Source: Octopus sinensis
Taxonomy: Eukaryota
NCBI RefSeq assembly: GCF_006345805.1
Contig: NC_043017.1
Coordinates: forward strand, 2,852,001 to 2,916,000
Direction: 5' to 3'
Length of the DNA stretch: 64,000 nt
Made by a program: the position numbers and the translations under genes. The notes below the pieces were generated by a model. The model was given only the letters and a program-made list of their open reading frames with translations, did no database searches and had not been told where the DNA came from. Every line of letters starts with the position of its first letter. Position 1 is the stretch's first letter. This document shows, piece by piece, positions 30,110 to 42,576 of this stretch.

Positions 30110-30500
30110 GCACCGCCAGCTGGTAGAATAGCACGGCGGTAAAATGCTTAGAGTTGCTTTGTCCTTCTTAACGTCCCTGTTTAAACTCCAGGGTTGATTC
30201 TGTCTTTCATCCTTTCGGGGTCGATAAAATAAGTATCAGTTGTGGTCGGTTTTAATCGACTTTCCCAAAAACGATTGGTTTTGTGTCAAATTTGGAAACC
30301 AACATTAGAACTTTCGTTAAGGCGGTGAGCTGGCAAGATCGTTAGCATGCCGGACAAAATAATCAGCACCAATTCGTCCGTCTTTACATTCGCAGTTCAA
30401 ATTCCGCCGGGGTCGATAAAATGAGAACCCAGTTGTGTAATGGGGTTGATTTAATCACCTTACCTCCTCACCAGAAATTGTCAGCTTTGTGCTGAGAATC
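30110..30500 (+). mobile_element. Two SINE family B copies in tandem
   Basis: Heads at ~30115 and ~30320 (AAGGCGGTGAGCTGGCAAGATCGTTAGC). Confidence 0.7.
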
Positions 30501-30989
30501 GAAATCATTATTAGCCTTAGTTAAGAAACAATTTTACGAATTTGTCCGACACACTCCACTCTTTTCTTTATAAAGTTACACACCGATTAGAAGAGCAATA
30601 ACTGTTATTGCATAATTTGCATATTGTCAAATGGAAAATATATTCCGTTTTAATAAAAACAAGTTTATATAATAAAAGAAACGGCATTTGAAAATTTTTC
30701 CATTTTGGTTACATATTAAACATGGAGAGATTTAAGTTCTACTTCCATAGAAACTCGATATCACCTTTTTTTGTTGAATGTCGTTGAAGCATGCAACGAG
30801 CTACTTATTACAAAAGCCGGAGTTTCTTCATTTATTCTTGATGTATGAGATGTCATGCGTATGCTTCCAATAAAACTTGTTTGTATTAATTCTGCTTCGT
30901 CCAATAAGTGCGATGGACTGGGTCACCCTGACCAAGATTATTGTCGAGATGATGATATAAAGAATAACTTCTTATTTCTCTTATTTCCC

Positions 30990-31350
30990 TCGAATTTGCT
31001 TTCGACTGGGTCACGCAGCTCGGAGAGCATGGAGTCTCTCCTGTACCAACTGCGACTTCTTCACTGGAGAGGTCACAGCACCAGTATTACGGAAAAATAA
31101 CTATAATGCATCAAGGAAAGATTTGAGAGACGAATTCGTCAAGCTAGACAGACATGCTGGAAACCTAGGGGAAGACCAATGATGATATGGCTGTATAACA
31201 TCCACAGTATCAGTTAGTCAGGCTCGGGATTCCATCCAGAAAGTCTAATAATGGTTGCTTCTGATATGACCCTATGGAGTAGGTACCTGAAGACTCTATC
31301 CCAACGACCTTCCCAGGAACAGTGAGGGTAGAAGATGATGGGATGGATGG
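30990..31350 (+). mobile_element. RTE-type LINE 3' end remnant
   Basis: ESLLYQLRLLHWRGH and KPRGRPMMIWLYNIH resemble the RTE terminal motifs QLRWxGH and RPRGRPxxRWxDNI. Confidence 0.6.
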
Positions 31351-31964
31351 ACGAGTGGATGGCTAATATCGAGAACTGTAATGAAAGGATGAAAAAATAT
31401 TTAACATGGTCTCAGCAATTCTTGAGACAGTCTGAAACTTGATTTCCGTCATCGGTGACCAACTTCGATTTTGAGTTATTGAATTTTGGCGCCCCACGTA
31501 ATACACGGAAACATCTGTTTTCTGTCCGCTACGGCTGCACCATTATCACTCCACCAGTACGGTTTCGATATCGATCAACTTGCGATATATTTCATCACGT
31601 TCGTCACTGTCTTCCATTTGACTTCTTCTTAGAGTGGATAGAAACAGCTTAAAATATTTAAGATAATGGAGTACTTGTGCAGCCCCAACGCCCAACATAT
31701 CTTGCGTCTGTACCTGCATAAGTATCTTAAAAATAAATATAGAAATATTCATTCCTGATTTAGTTGTTCACGAAGCAAATAATGGTATTTTACAATAATT
31801 AAATACAAATAAGAACAAAAATTGACATACGTATTTGACATAAGTATTAGGCTTACAAAGAATAAGTCCTGGGGTCGATTTTCTCGATTAAAGGCGATGC
31901 TCTAGCATGGCCACAGGCAAATGACTAAAACAAGTAAGAGAGAGAGTAGCTGCGAAGGAATACA

Positions 31965-32410
31965 AATACCTATTTCTTTACTACCCACAAGGGGCTAAAC
32001 ACAGGGGGACAGACAAGGACATACAAATGGATTAAGTCGATTATATCGACTTCAGTGCGTAACTGATACTTATTTAATCGACCCCGAAACGATGAGAGGC
32101 AAAGTCGACTTCGGCGGAATTTGAACTCAGAACGTAACGGCAGACGAAATACCGCAAAGCATTATGTCCAGCGTGCTAACGTCTCTACCAGCTGGCCACC
32201 TTATGGTTGATTAATAATGGTAAAAAGGAAAATGTCGGTGAGCTGGCAGAAACTTTAGCAGCCATGTTTATGATCTGAGTTCAAATTCCGTCAAGGTCGA
32301 TTTTGCATTTCATCCCTCCGGGGTCGATAAAATAATTACCAGTTTTACACCGAGGTCGATTTAATCGACTCACCCTCTCCCAGAAATTGCTGATTTTGTG
32401 ACAAAATTAA
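31965..32410. mobile_element. SINE family B pair, head-to-head (minus 31965-32205, plus 32235-32410)
   Basis: Family B body in both orientations. Confidence 0.75.
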
Positions 32411-32423
32411 ATCAAAACTTGAA

Positions 32424-32424
<1 letters not shown>

Positions 32425-32478
<54 letters not shown>

Positions 32479-33590
32479 TTAAAATGAATGAAGTTGTATG
32501 AAATTCGCTGTGTTCAGCTGTTATACAATTTAGTTCCTCCCTCACCTTTTTATCATAACCTACGACACTCTCATCATCATTTTTCTAATTATCATTCTAA
32601 TTATCATTATCTTCGTAATCAACATCTTATATATTATCATCATCGTCGTTACGAAAACGCCGATCACCACAATATTATAACTATCCTGCTCATAATCCTG
32701 CACATACCACCACATCCACCACCACGACATTCTTCTTCTTCTTCTTCTTCTTCTTCTTCTTCTCTTCTTCTTCTTCTTCTTCTTCTTCTTCTTCTTCTTC
32801 TTCTTCTTCTTCTTCTTCTTCTTCTTCTCTTCTTCTTCTTCTTCTTTTTTTCTTCTTCTTCATTTTTCATCACCATCATCATCATCGTCATCGTCATCGT
32901 CGTCGTCATCATCATCATCATCATCATGATCATCGTCATCATCATCATCATCATCATCAACTACAATATATGTTAACCATCGTTTCCAACGACCTCGTGA
33001 TTATTTCCCGTCACCCACTCCTCTCTTCCAACTCTTCTTTTGCTTCTTCTCGAATGCTACTTAATAACAACAACAACAACAACAACAATTACAATATTAA
33101 TAACAATAATAATAATAACAACAACAAGCAAGCAACAATAATATTAATAATGATCAAGATGGCGATGACGACGATGATAATTTCGATGATGAGGATGATG
33201 ATGATGATGATGATATGATGATGATGGTGAGAAACATTTTCCCCACCGTCACCCTCCTCCTATTTATCCTCCTCTTCAACTCATACTGCTACTCGTCTAC
33301 CCCTATCGTCATCACCATAATCATCATCATCATCAACATCAGCATCACTCTTATCATGATAATCGCTATCAAAATGATCAACAATCATTCTATGAATCAT
33401 CATCATCATCACCATCATCATCATCATCCTAAACAAGATCACCACTATCACCGCCGCCGAAACCTCCACCGCATTCCCCCGCAGCCCCCTCATCCTCCTC
33501 ATCACCATCAACATCATAGTCAAGACCACCAGTCACTCCATCGCTTTCATCATCTGTAACATCATCGCCACACCTTCGTAGTTGGCATCG

Positions 33591-33633
<43 letters not shown>

Positions 33634-34078
33634 AATCGTCATCATCATCATCCTCATCATCGCCATCATCTTCATCGTCTTTATCATCTTCATCATCATC
33701 ATCATCGACACCATCATTATCATTATCCTCCTCACCATCATCAACTTCATCGTCTTTATCATCCTCCACCTCCTCCACCTCCTCGTCATCATCATCATCA
33801 TACTCAAGGCCACCTTCACTTGCATAACCATCATCTTCGTAACTATCACGGACACCACCAACACCATGAGTACCACAAGCATCATCATCATCATCTCCAT
33901 GTTCCTCCTCCTCCACCTCCTCCTCATCATCATCGTCATCATCATAGTCGCCTTCGTCATGAGCAGCAGCATCACCAGCAACATCGCCAGCAACCGTAGC
34001 TGCAACACCAGTAGCAGCACCTTTCTCCATCCCTATCTGTCTCTCTATCTTTATCTCTCTCTCCCTCTCTCTCTCCCC

Positions 34079-34135
<57 letters not shown>
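32425..34135. repeat. ~1.7 kb compound trinucleotide field (AAT, TTC, CAT, AAC, GAT, CCT) ending in (CT)n
   Basis: Direct inspection. Confidence 0.95.
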
Positions 34136-34136
<1 letters not shown>

Positions 34137-34351
34137 AACTTTGCTATCATTCCCATCAAGAACTCTAAATTAAATTTGAAAAAAAAATGTGAAAGAGAAA
34201 AAAAACAAAGCCACAAAAACATACAAAATTACAAAGAAAAAAAATAGATGATCAATATCCTATTTAGCAGGTTTAAATTATCATTAACGCTAAAATTTCA
34301 TTTTAATTAAAAGCCTCACATCTCATTTTCCAAACACATATACACACAAAT

Positions 34352-34382
<31 letters not shown>

Positions 34383-34422
34383 CACACGCACAAAGAAACG
34401 CGTGCCTGCGCAGAGAGAAGAA

Positions 34423-34453
<31 letters not shown>

Positions 34454-34994
34454 CACACACACACACACCACACACACACACACACACACAGAAGCTTGTA
34501 TGTATATATGTATGTTTGCGTATATATATATATATATATGCATGTATGTGTGTGAGTCCTGGTGTGTGTTCGTACGTGTAAAGTGTGGACAAGTGTGGAG
34601 GTGTGCGTATGTTTGTAAGCATGTGCGTGTGTGTGTGTTCATAAGTGTGTGCGAATGTGTGTGTGTGTATGTGTGTTTGTGTGTGTGTGTGTGTGTAAAT
34701 GTATATTGCTTTGTTTTATGAAAAAGTGAATCGATTATGACAATTCGACGCAACTCTAACATTGCTTTAACGACAACCTCATATCGGCAGCAGCGGCAGC
34801 AGCCGTAGCAGCAGCACTACCGTCCCCACCACAAACCCCACCGTCACCACCACCACCTCATTGTCCATCTCACTACCACCACCACTCTGGCATAGCTCTC
34901 TCATTCTCTCTCTCTCTCTTTCTCTCTCTCACTGTTACCCTTGTATATTTTCCGCCATTGCTGTTATACTCATTTCTTTCATTACAATATTATT

Positions 34995-35210
34995 ATTCTT
35001 TTCTACTCTAGGCACAAGGCCCGACATTTTGGGGGAGGGGGCCAGTCTATTAGATCAACCCCAGTACGAAACTGGTACTTAATTTATCAACCCCGAAAGG
35101 ATGAAAGGCAAAGTCAACCTTGGCGGAATTTGAACTCAGAACCTGAAGACAGCTGAAATGCCGCTAAGCATTTCGCCCGGCGCGCTAACCACTCTGCCAG
35201 TTCGCCACCT
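34995..35210 (-). mobile_element. SINE family B
   Basis: TGGTACTTAATTTATCAACCCCGAAAGGATGAAAGGCAAAGTCAACC...CTGCCAGTTCGCCACCTT. Confidence 0.85.
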
Positions 35211-35719
35211 TAATATTAGTATTATTACCAAACTGCACTACCATGTCTCTCATACTGCGTCACCAACCCCATCAACACAATTATCTTCGCAGTATTTCCT
35301 GACCCATCCAGACCCATCCCCCACCGTACTATCAACCCCCCTCGCTTACCTCCTTCACCATCACCATTGCCCCACCACCATCGTTGTACCCCACACCACC
35401 AAAAAACCTTACCTCCATGGAGTTACATCACTAAGGCCACAGCGACCACCACGATAAGGACGAGGAAGTTTCTACGCAGTGATTTGAATGCATTTGGATG
35501 CTAGAAATACCAGTCACATGCATTGAAATCGCACCACAGTATCATATAAGCGGTGGGCATATAATGTGAGATTTAACAAAATATGCGGGATGGTCGCAGC
35601 TGGAATGCATTTAGGATACATGCCTTTTCAACCGAGCACTAAACTGAGGATAAACAGCAGCAACAGCAACAACAACAACGTAACCCCCCCCCAAAAAAAA
35701 ACCCCAAAGAATTTAATTC

Positions 35720-35885
35720 CACTGATTAGAAGGTTCCAGGCGCAGCGCTGGCTGTGTGGTAAGAAGCTTTCTTCCCAATCGCATGCTTCTGAGTTCTGTC
35801 CCACTGCATCTCCTACTATAACCTCGGACCGACCGAAACCTTGTGACGGATATTGTAGGCAGAAACTAAAAGAAGCCTGTCGTAT
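35720..35885 (+). mobile_element. SINE family A 5' half
   Basis: AGGCGCAGCGCTGGCTGTGTGGTAAGAAGC...AAAGAAGCCTGTCGTATG. Confidence 0.8.
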
Positions 35886-36234
35886 GTATATATATATATA
35901 TATATCTTACCTTCGAAAACGCAGAGTAGATGAAACCATGGCGACTGAAGAAGGGGAATTTTCCTTGTGTTATTTGTCCTGTACTCTATTTTTTCGTTGT
36001 TTAAGAAAAATGTCCAGTTCCTTGGTTTTGTGTTTATGTTTTCGCTTCTCATTGTATTCGACGTATTTTGGTGTCCTGTACCCATATATGCATGTATATA
36101 TACATGTAGATGTAGGTACGTACATATATGTATGTATATATACATATGCTTTATTTATTAATTTATATATATATACGTAATATATACATACATATATATT
36201 GCATAAATGTATGTATTTTATATATAATATATAT

Positions 36235-36473
36235 AATTAAAAATGAGGGTGTCTTAACTTTTGCTTGTATATATTGTCCCTCTGCCCTATCTCATGGTAC
36301 GTTATGAACACTTAACGTGGTTTTTATAGTCAGAAATTCGACTGCTATTTCGGCATGTTGGTGTCTCTCAGACACCCTCATTTTTAATTGTTAAAAATTA
36401 TTACCTTTGTACGGTATTTTTCCATGCTGGCCACATGATAATATTGATACTTAAATATCGATATTATCCTCAT
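36235..36473 (+). mobile_element. Miniature asymmetric inverted-repeat element in TA-rich tract
   Basis: Perfect 20-bp IR AATTAAAAATGAGGGTGTCT (36235-54) / AGACACCCTCATTTTTAATT (36370-89), plus an ~85 bp one-sided tail ending in TA repeats. The tail recurs reverse-complemented at ~55635-55720. Confidence 0.65.
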
Positions 36474-37269
36474 ATATAAATTTATATAATATATATATAT
36501 ATATATATTACATATATATATATTACATATATATATATATATATATACTACATATATATATATTACGTATATGTATTATATATATCTACGTAATATATAA
36601 AGTAGACTTTGATTTTCATCCTTTCGGGGTCAATAAATTAAGTACCAGTTACACACCGGTGTCGATGTAATCGATTTAATCCCTTTTTCTGTCCTTGTTT
36701 GTCCCCTCTATATATTTAGCCCCTTGTGGGCAATAAAGAAATAAGAAACACGTGACCACGGCTGTCCTCTTATTTTGGCTGATAAAGTGCTTTTGTGTGG
36801 TTGCACCGTTCGCAAACAGGGCCCTTACGTCTCCCTCAAATTACAAACACGAGAAAAAGACATGCTACACATTGTAGCTCCAGATATTTTCCTAAATCGT
36901 CGAGTTGGTCATGGCAGGATTGCCTCTGATCATAGTTCTACAGCCTTAACGCTTTATGATTCAAATTATTCTGTGAAATGTAATGCTTATTTATTCACCT
37001 TGTTTTGAATTAATCCTGCGTTCGTTCTCTTGTAGCTTTCAGATCTCTATGACGCAACTTGTTATTTTATTTGTTTCAGTCATTTGACTGCGGCAATGCT
37101 GGAGCACCGCCTTTAGTCGAACAAATCGACTCCAGGACTTATTCTTTGTAAGCCTGGTACTTATTCTATCGGTCTCACAAGCCGAATCACTAAGTTACGG
37201 GGACGGAAGCACACCAACATCGGTTGGCAAGCGATGGTGGGGTGAGGGAAAAACATAAACACATAAATA

Positions 37270-37735
37270 CATGATGATGATGATGATGAAGATGATGATG
37301 ATGATGATCATCATCATCATCATCGTCATCATCATCTTCATCATTATCGTCATCATCATCATTATCAGCACCACCATCGTCATTATCTTCATCATCATCA
37401 TCATTATTATTATCCTCCTCCTCCTCATCATCACCATCATCATCACATCATCATCATCATCTTCAGCATCATCATCATCATCACATTATCATCATCATCT
37501 TCATCATTATCGTCAGCATCATCATCATCTTCAGCATCATCATCATCATTATCATCATCATCATCATCATTATCGTCATCATCATCATTATCAGCACCAC
37601 CATCATCATCTTCATCATCATCATCATTATCATTATCCTCCTCGTCCACATCAACATCACATTATCATCATCATCATCACCATCGTCATCATCATCATCA
37701 TCTTCAGCATCATCATCATCATCATCGTCACTAGT
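37270..37735. repeat. Degenerate (CAT)n array
   Basis: Direct inspection. Confidence 0.95.
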
Positions 37736-38504
37736 ACTATCCTACCACCACTTCTACGTTGCTGCCAACCATTCTATCCATCAACTCTTGGTGGATCCAA
37801 GAGTTCCAGTTATCAATCGCAGCCACCCCCACCCCCATTCTTGCAATGAGTGGTTGCATAATTAAGTAAGTCCTTCCTTTTCACAACAGAAGACATACAT
37901 TTTTCGTTAGCTTTGACCGTTACTTCTTGCATATCGTGAGATCGCATCGAGACACAGCTCGCTGAATGAAAAGCCACAGACGATGACGTCATAAAACCAT
38001 TAATAAGCTGATCTCTGTTATGAAAGGAAACGATTAGACGTGTAATTATGAACACATCTGTTATTTCCCTGACAACTCTCTCTTTCTCTCACAACACTTC
38101 TCTCTCTCTCTCTCTCTCTGTTACTCACAATGTCTCACTTACTCGTTCACTGTCCAGCAATATACACAATCTTTCTCTTAAGCCATTTCTTTCCTACTCT
38201 GGTTATCTCTCTCTCTCTCTCTCTTTCTCATACCCTCTTACTTAACCTGTCTCTATCAAACATCTCATAATCTATCCTTATATAGTTCTCCCTCTCTCGC
38301 TTTGCCTTACTCTCTCTCTCTCTGTCACACACACACTCTCATACAATTTCTCTCTCACTCACAAACCAATACATACATACATACATACATTCACAATCAC
38401 GTTCTCTAGCTCACACACACATACACACACTCACAATCATAGAAACTCTGTCTGTTTGTCTGTCTCTCTCCATCTATTTCCTTCTTTCTCACTCTTTCTC
38501 TTTC

Positions 38505-38682
<178 letters not shown>

Positions 38683-39339
38683 GTGCATATATATATGTAT
38701 ATATATATAACTTAGTCGTTCTCTCTCTAACTCTGTCTTCTCTCCCTCTCTCAAACCGTTATTCTCTTTAACCGCCCAATCATTACCCTATTACCGGACT
38801 GGTTTTTCGTTCCTTACACATACCCTCCCTTCATAGAACTTGGTATTACTGCATCCCTTTCACCCTCATTCATTCTCTCTCTCTCTCTCTTTCTTCCCCC
38901 CCTCTCTCTCTCTTTCTTTAGCTCTTATTCTCGCCATCCGCATGCGTTTAACGCTGGTGCTATCATAAAAACCACAGACTTAAATCAACTCCCCTTCCTT
39001 CTACCTCCCCCCACCCCCAACAACCCCTTACTCTCTCTCTCTCTCTCTCTCTTTCCCATTCTCCTTCTCTAACTCTTTCACTACGTCTTTTTATTTCTTT
39101 CCATCTTTCTTTCTTTCTTTATTTACATTCCACCAAATCCATCAGCTTTTTTTCATTTGAAGTATTTTTCTTCTATTGTCGCTCTTGACTAACGCACTTC
39201 CTGTTGATGTGACAGACATTCGAGACGATATTACAGGGGTTAGGGTAGGGAGGGCTGGGGGATATTATCGAAGAATAATTACAGAAAAACGGTTAGTAAA
39301 ACTCATTAATATTGGGTAATAATAATAATAATAATAATA

Positions 39340-39382
<43 letters not shown>

Positions 39383-39649
39383 AAGAAGAAGAAGAAGAAG
39401 AAGAAGAAGACGAAGAAAAATCTCTCATCTTCTATCTTTAAGCCATTATGCGGTAGCCATGCTGTAGCACCGCCTTGAAGAAATTTAATCAAACGAATCG
39501 ACCCAAGTACGTTGTTTTCTAAGCCTTGTAATTATTTTACTGGTATCTTTTGACGAACCACTAAGTTACGTGTATCTAAACGCACCAACACCTGTTCTCA
39601 CACTGGTGACACGAATATACACAATAAAATATGTATATATGTTTGGAAT

Positions 39650-39795
39650 TTACATAAGACGAAAACAGGTGAATTAGTTTAGCGCTCGGGAGAGTGAGGA
39701 AGTCTTTTACGTTTCGAGCGTACGCTCCTAAGCAGAAAGGAACACGAGAAAATAGACGGAGGGAAAAAAGAAAAAAAAGTCTTTAGTAGCTAGCG
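39650..39795 (-). mobile_element. PLE-like terminal repeat fragment with degenerate hammerhead
   Basis: Reverse complement reads CTTTCTGCTTAG-GAGCGTACGCTC-GAAACGTA-AAAGAC: palindromic stem II, GAAA and ACGT/GTA, but the CUGANGA box is degenerate. Confidence 0.45.
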
Positions 39796-39847
39796 TCAAT
39801 CATGGCGACGAAAGTGAAAGAAGCCCGTCGTATATATATATGTGTAT

Positions 39848-39914
<67 letters not shown>

Positions 39915-40091
39915 TGTGTGTATGTGTGTGTGTTACTATACGACGGGCTTTTTACACTTTCTATAAAACTCACTCAGAAGGTTTTGGTCGGGCTGAGACT
40001 ATATTAGAAGACACCTACCCAAGGTGCCGTGCAGTGGGACTGAATCCAAAATCATATTGTTGCGAAGCGAATTTCTTATCAGAAGGACACA

Positions 40092-40134
<43 letters not shown>

Positions 40135-40137
<3 letters not shown>

Positions 40138-40416
40138 TACAATTGAGGATAAAATCTTTATAAGAAATTATCAGTAGTTAGCGTGAAAAACATCGGAAGA
40201 GAAAAAATCCGTAAATTTTTCCACTTTGAAAATATTTATTTATATTATATTGAGGGTACTATTCATAGATACCGCACGCTAAGAGAGACCAATGCGGTCA
40301 AAATTACTAAAACAAACAAAATTTTACCGAATGCAAAACTTCAAAGCAAGTCATTTAAAAAATAGAATTTAGTTACATATCACCTGTGATTTCAGTACCC
40401 TCAATATAATATAAAT
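40135..40416 (-). mobile_element. Miniature asymmetric inverted-repeat element between (TA)n tracts
   Basis: Perfect 23-bp IR ATTTATATTATATTGAGGGTACT (40238-60) / AGTACCCTCAATATAATATAAAT (40394-416). A ~100 bp one-sided tail (40135-40237) ends in (TA)n, and the other end abuts (TA)n directly. Confidence 0.65.
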
Positions 40417-40629
40417 ATATATATATATATATTTATTTATTTTCATCCTAGTTTTCGTATACATTCGCTTGGTTTCTTCCAAAATCTAGTGCTCTTCACT
40501 GAGATTTCCCTGGGGCCGGCAGGATTCGAGCAGTCTCGAAAGTAACGACCGAAATTACAAAGACAGTATCACCCACCGTCCGAATATTTTGTTGTCGCCT
40601 GTTACGCTCTTGTTCCATTTTTTATTTTG

Positions 40630-40701
<72 letters not shown>

Positions 40702-40909
40702 GTGAAATAGAAAGATGAATAATCTTGTAGTAGATTAATCAAAAGTTTAACCGATACCTTAGTAGCAAAAATCACAGCAGTGAACAGCCGGTTGGAGGTA
40801 CAACCATCTGGCGTTGGCAACCGTTGCGTTGGTGCGGATAATTGAAATTAAAACATTATTGGTGATTGAAGAAATGGAGCTGAACGCAGATTAAACAGAA
40901 ATCGTTTTA

Positions 40910-40996
40910 TTTCATTCTACACGTGTTCGAAAGGCACAATTACCAAAATCCGATTGAATAATGGGACCATATTGTGTTCTTCTCTTCAGGAAGAAA
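40910..40996 (-). ncRNA. Hammerhead ribozyme copy with GAAA read as GAA (mutation or sequencing indel)
   Basis: Reverse complement has CTGAAGA, stem II and CACGTGTA, but reads CTTTC-GAA-CACGTG, one A short of the core. Confidence 0.55.
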
Positions 40997-41459
40997 AAGA
41001 AATCCGTTGGAAAAACAAAAACAGAACAGAGGCAGAGCAAAAACAATCGAACTGTGCTCCTAAGAGCCCATGGCGAAACTGTTTATCAGTGTATGTTGAG
41101 ACCGGTGGCTGAAGAATTCAACAGTCAGGCATCGGTCATCATGTGGTTGAGGGTGTATAGATGTTCTTTGTGACCGAGAATAAAGTTCTGACTATTTAAA
41201 GAATATTGGATGTTTTATAAGGGCGAGAAAAAATCTACTTAGAGACGTGTGGTGTGGTATACTGTTCTATATATGTGTGTGTTGGCGTAGGGGTAGAAAA
41301 CATTTTTGTGTACGTGTGTGCGTTTGATCGTTCGGCTGTCAGTGGCTACTGCCGTGATAACCGTTGGGTGGCAGAAAGAAAAAAAATAAAGAAATTATAT
41401 ATATATATTATGTTTTTTTGTGTGTGTGTGGTGTTTTCATCTAACCTGCCTTGACAAGG

Positions 41460-41785
41460 AACCCCCGCTGTGAAAAAACAAGCCCGTTTGTCTTAACAGG
41501 AGTAATTTCCCTTGCAGTGGTTAATTGTAGATATCTTAAAATCTATTTCAGAATTTGTTACAAGGGCTATGGGTGCCGGTCTTATTTATAAACGCTATTT
41601 AAAAGGCCAGATAAGTGTAACGCCGCCAATGGGGGCATCGAAAAGCCGACTGTAAGAGCCCGTTTACCATCCGGCCCTGGCAAACAAAATATGGAAGAGT
41701 TCGGAGACACAAAGGTTGCACTGTCTTCTGCCCTATCAAATGGGAGGGCCACCGACAAAATTGACATTCCAGCCTATAGCTTAAG
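41460..41785 (-). pseudogene. Putative GIY-YIG endonuclease C-terminal remnant of a Penelope-like element (mirrored on + strand at 41790-42110)
   Basis: Minus-strand frame from the apex reads SYRLECQFCRWPSHLIGQKTVQPLCLR, resembling the PLE pattern Y-x-I-x-C-x2-C...YIGxT-x-R/Q-x-L-x2-R. Downstream frames are broken (e.g. EIDFKISTINHCK). It lies upstream of the hammerhead, as expected for a PLE 3' end. Confidence 0.45.
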
Positions 41786-42576
41786 CGAACTTAAGCTATA
41801 GGCTGGAATGGTCAATTTTGTCGGTGGCCCTCCCATTTGATAGGCAGAAGACAGTGCAACCTTTGTGTCTCCGAACTCTTCCATTTTTGTTTGCCAGAGC
41901 CGGATGGTAAACGGGCTCTTACAGTCGGCTTTTCGATGCCCCCATTGGCGGCTTACACTTATCTGGCCTTTAAATAGCGTTTATAAATAGACCGGCACCT
42001 AGCCCTTGGTAACAAATTCTGAATAGATTTTAAGATATCTACAATTAACCACTGCAAGGGAAATTACTCCTGTAAGACAAACGGGGCTTGTTTTTTCACA
42101 GCGGGGGTTTCCTTGTCAAGGCAGGCTTAGATGAACACACACACACACATAAACATAATATATATATATAATTTCTTTATTTTTTTTTCTTTCTGCCACC
42201 CAACGGTTATCACGGCAGTAGCCACTGACAGCCGAACGATCAAACGCACACACGTACACAAAAAATGTTTTCTACCCCTACGCCAACACACACATATATA
42301 GAACAGTATACACACACACACGTCTCTAAGTAGATTTTTTCTCGCCCCTTATAAAACATCCATATTCTTTAAATAGTCAGAACTTTATTCTCGGTCACAA
42401 AGACATCTATACACCCTCACCCACATGATGACCGATGCCTGACCTGTTGAATTCTTCAGCCACCGGTTCTCAACATACACTGATAAACAGTTTCGCCATG
42501 GGCTCTTAGGAGCACATTTCGATTTGTTTTTTGCTCTGCCTCTGTTCTGTTTTTGTTTTTCCAACGGATTTCCTTT

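Noticed and set aside
33533-34030. 165 aa acidic (poly-D/E) ORF
   Set aside because: It is the reverse strand of a (CAT)/(CCT) array with no unique sequence or splice context.
40500-40560. Possible hammerhead in ...CCTGGGGCCGGCAGGATTCGAGCAGTCTCGAAAG
   Set aside because: GAAA and a weak stem are present, but there is no CUGANGA and no clear stem III or cleavage triplet.
41768-41808. Apex as a leftover sequencing adapter or protelomerase telRL site
   Set aside because: It does not match the PacBio SMRTbell adapter (ATCTCTCTC...GAGAGAGAT) or the N15 telRL core, and the apex reads in frame with the element's own coding relic. An adapter-less fold-back chimera is not fully excluded.
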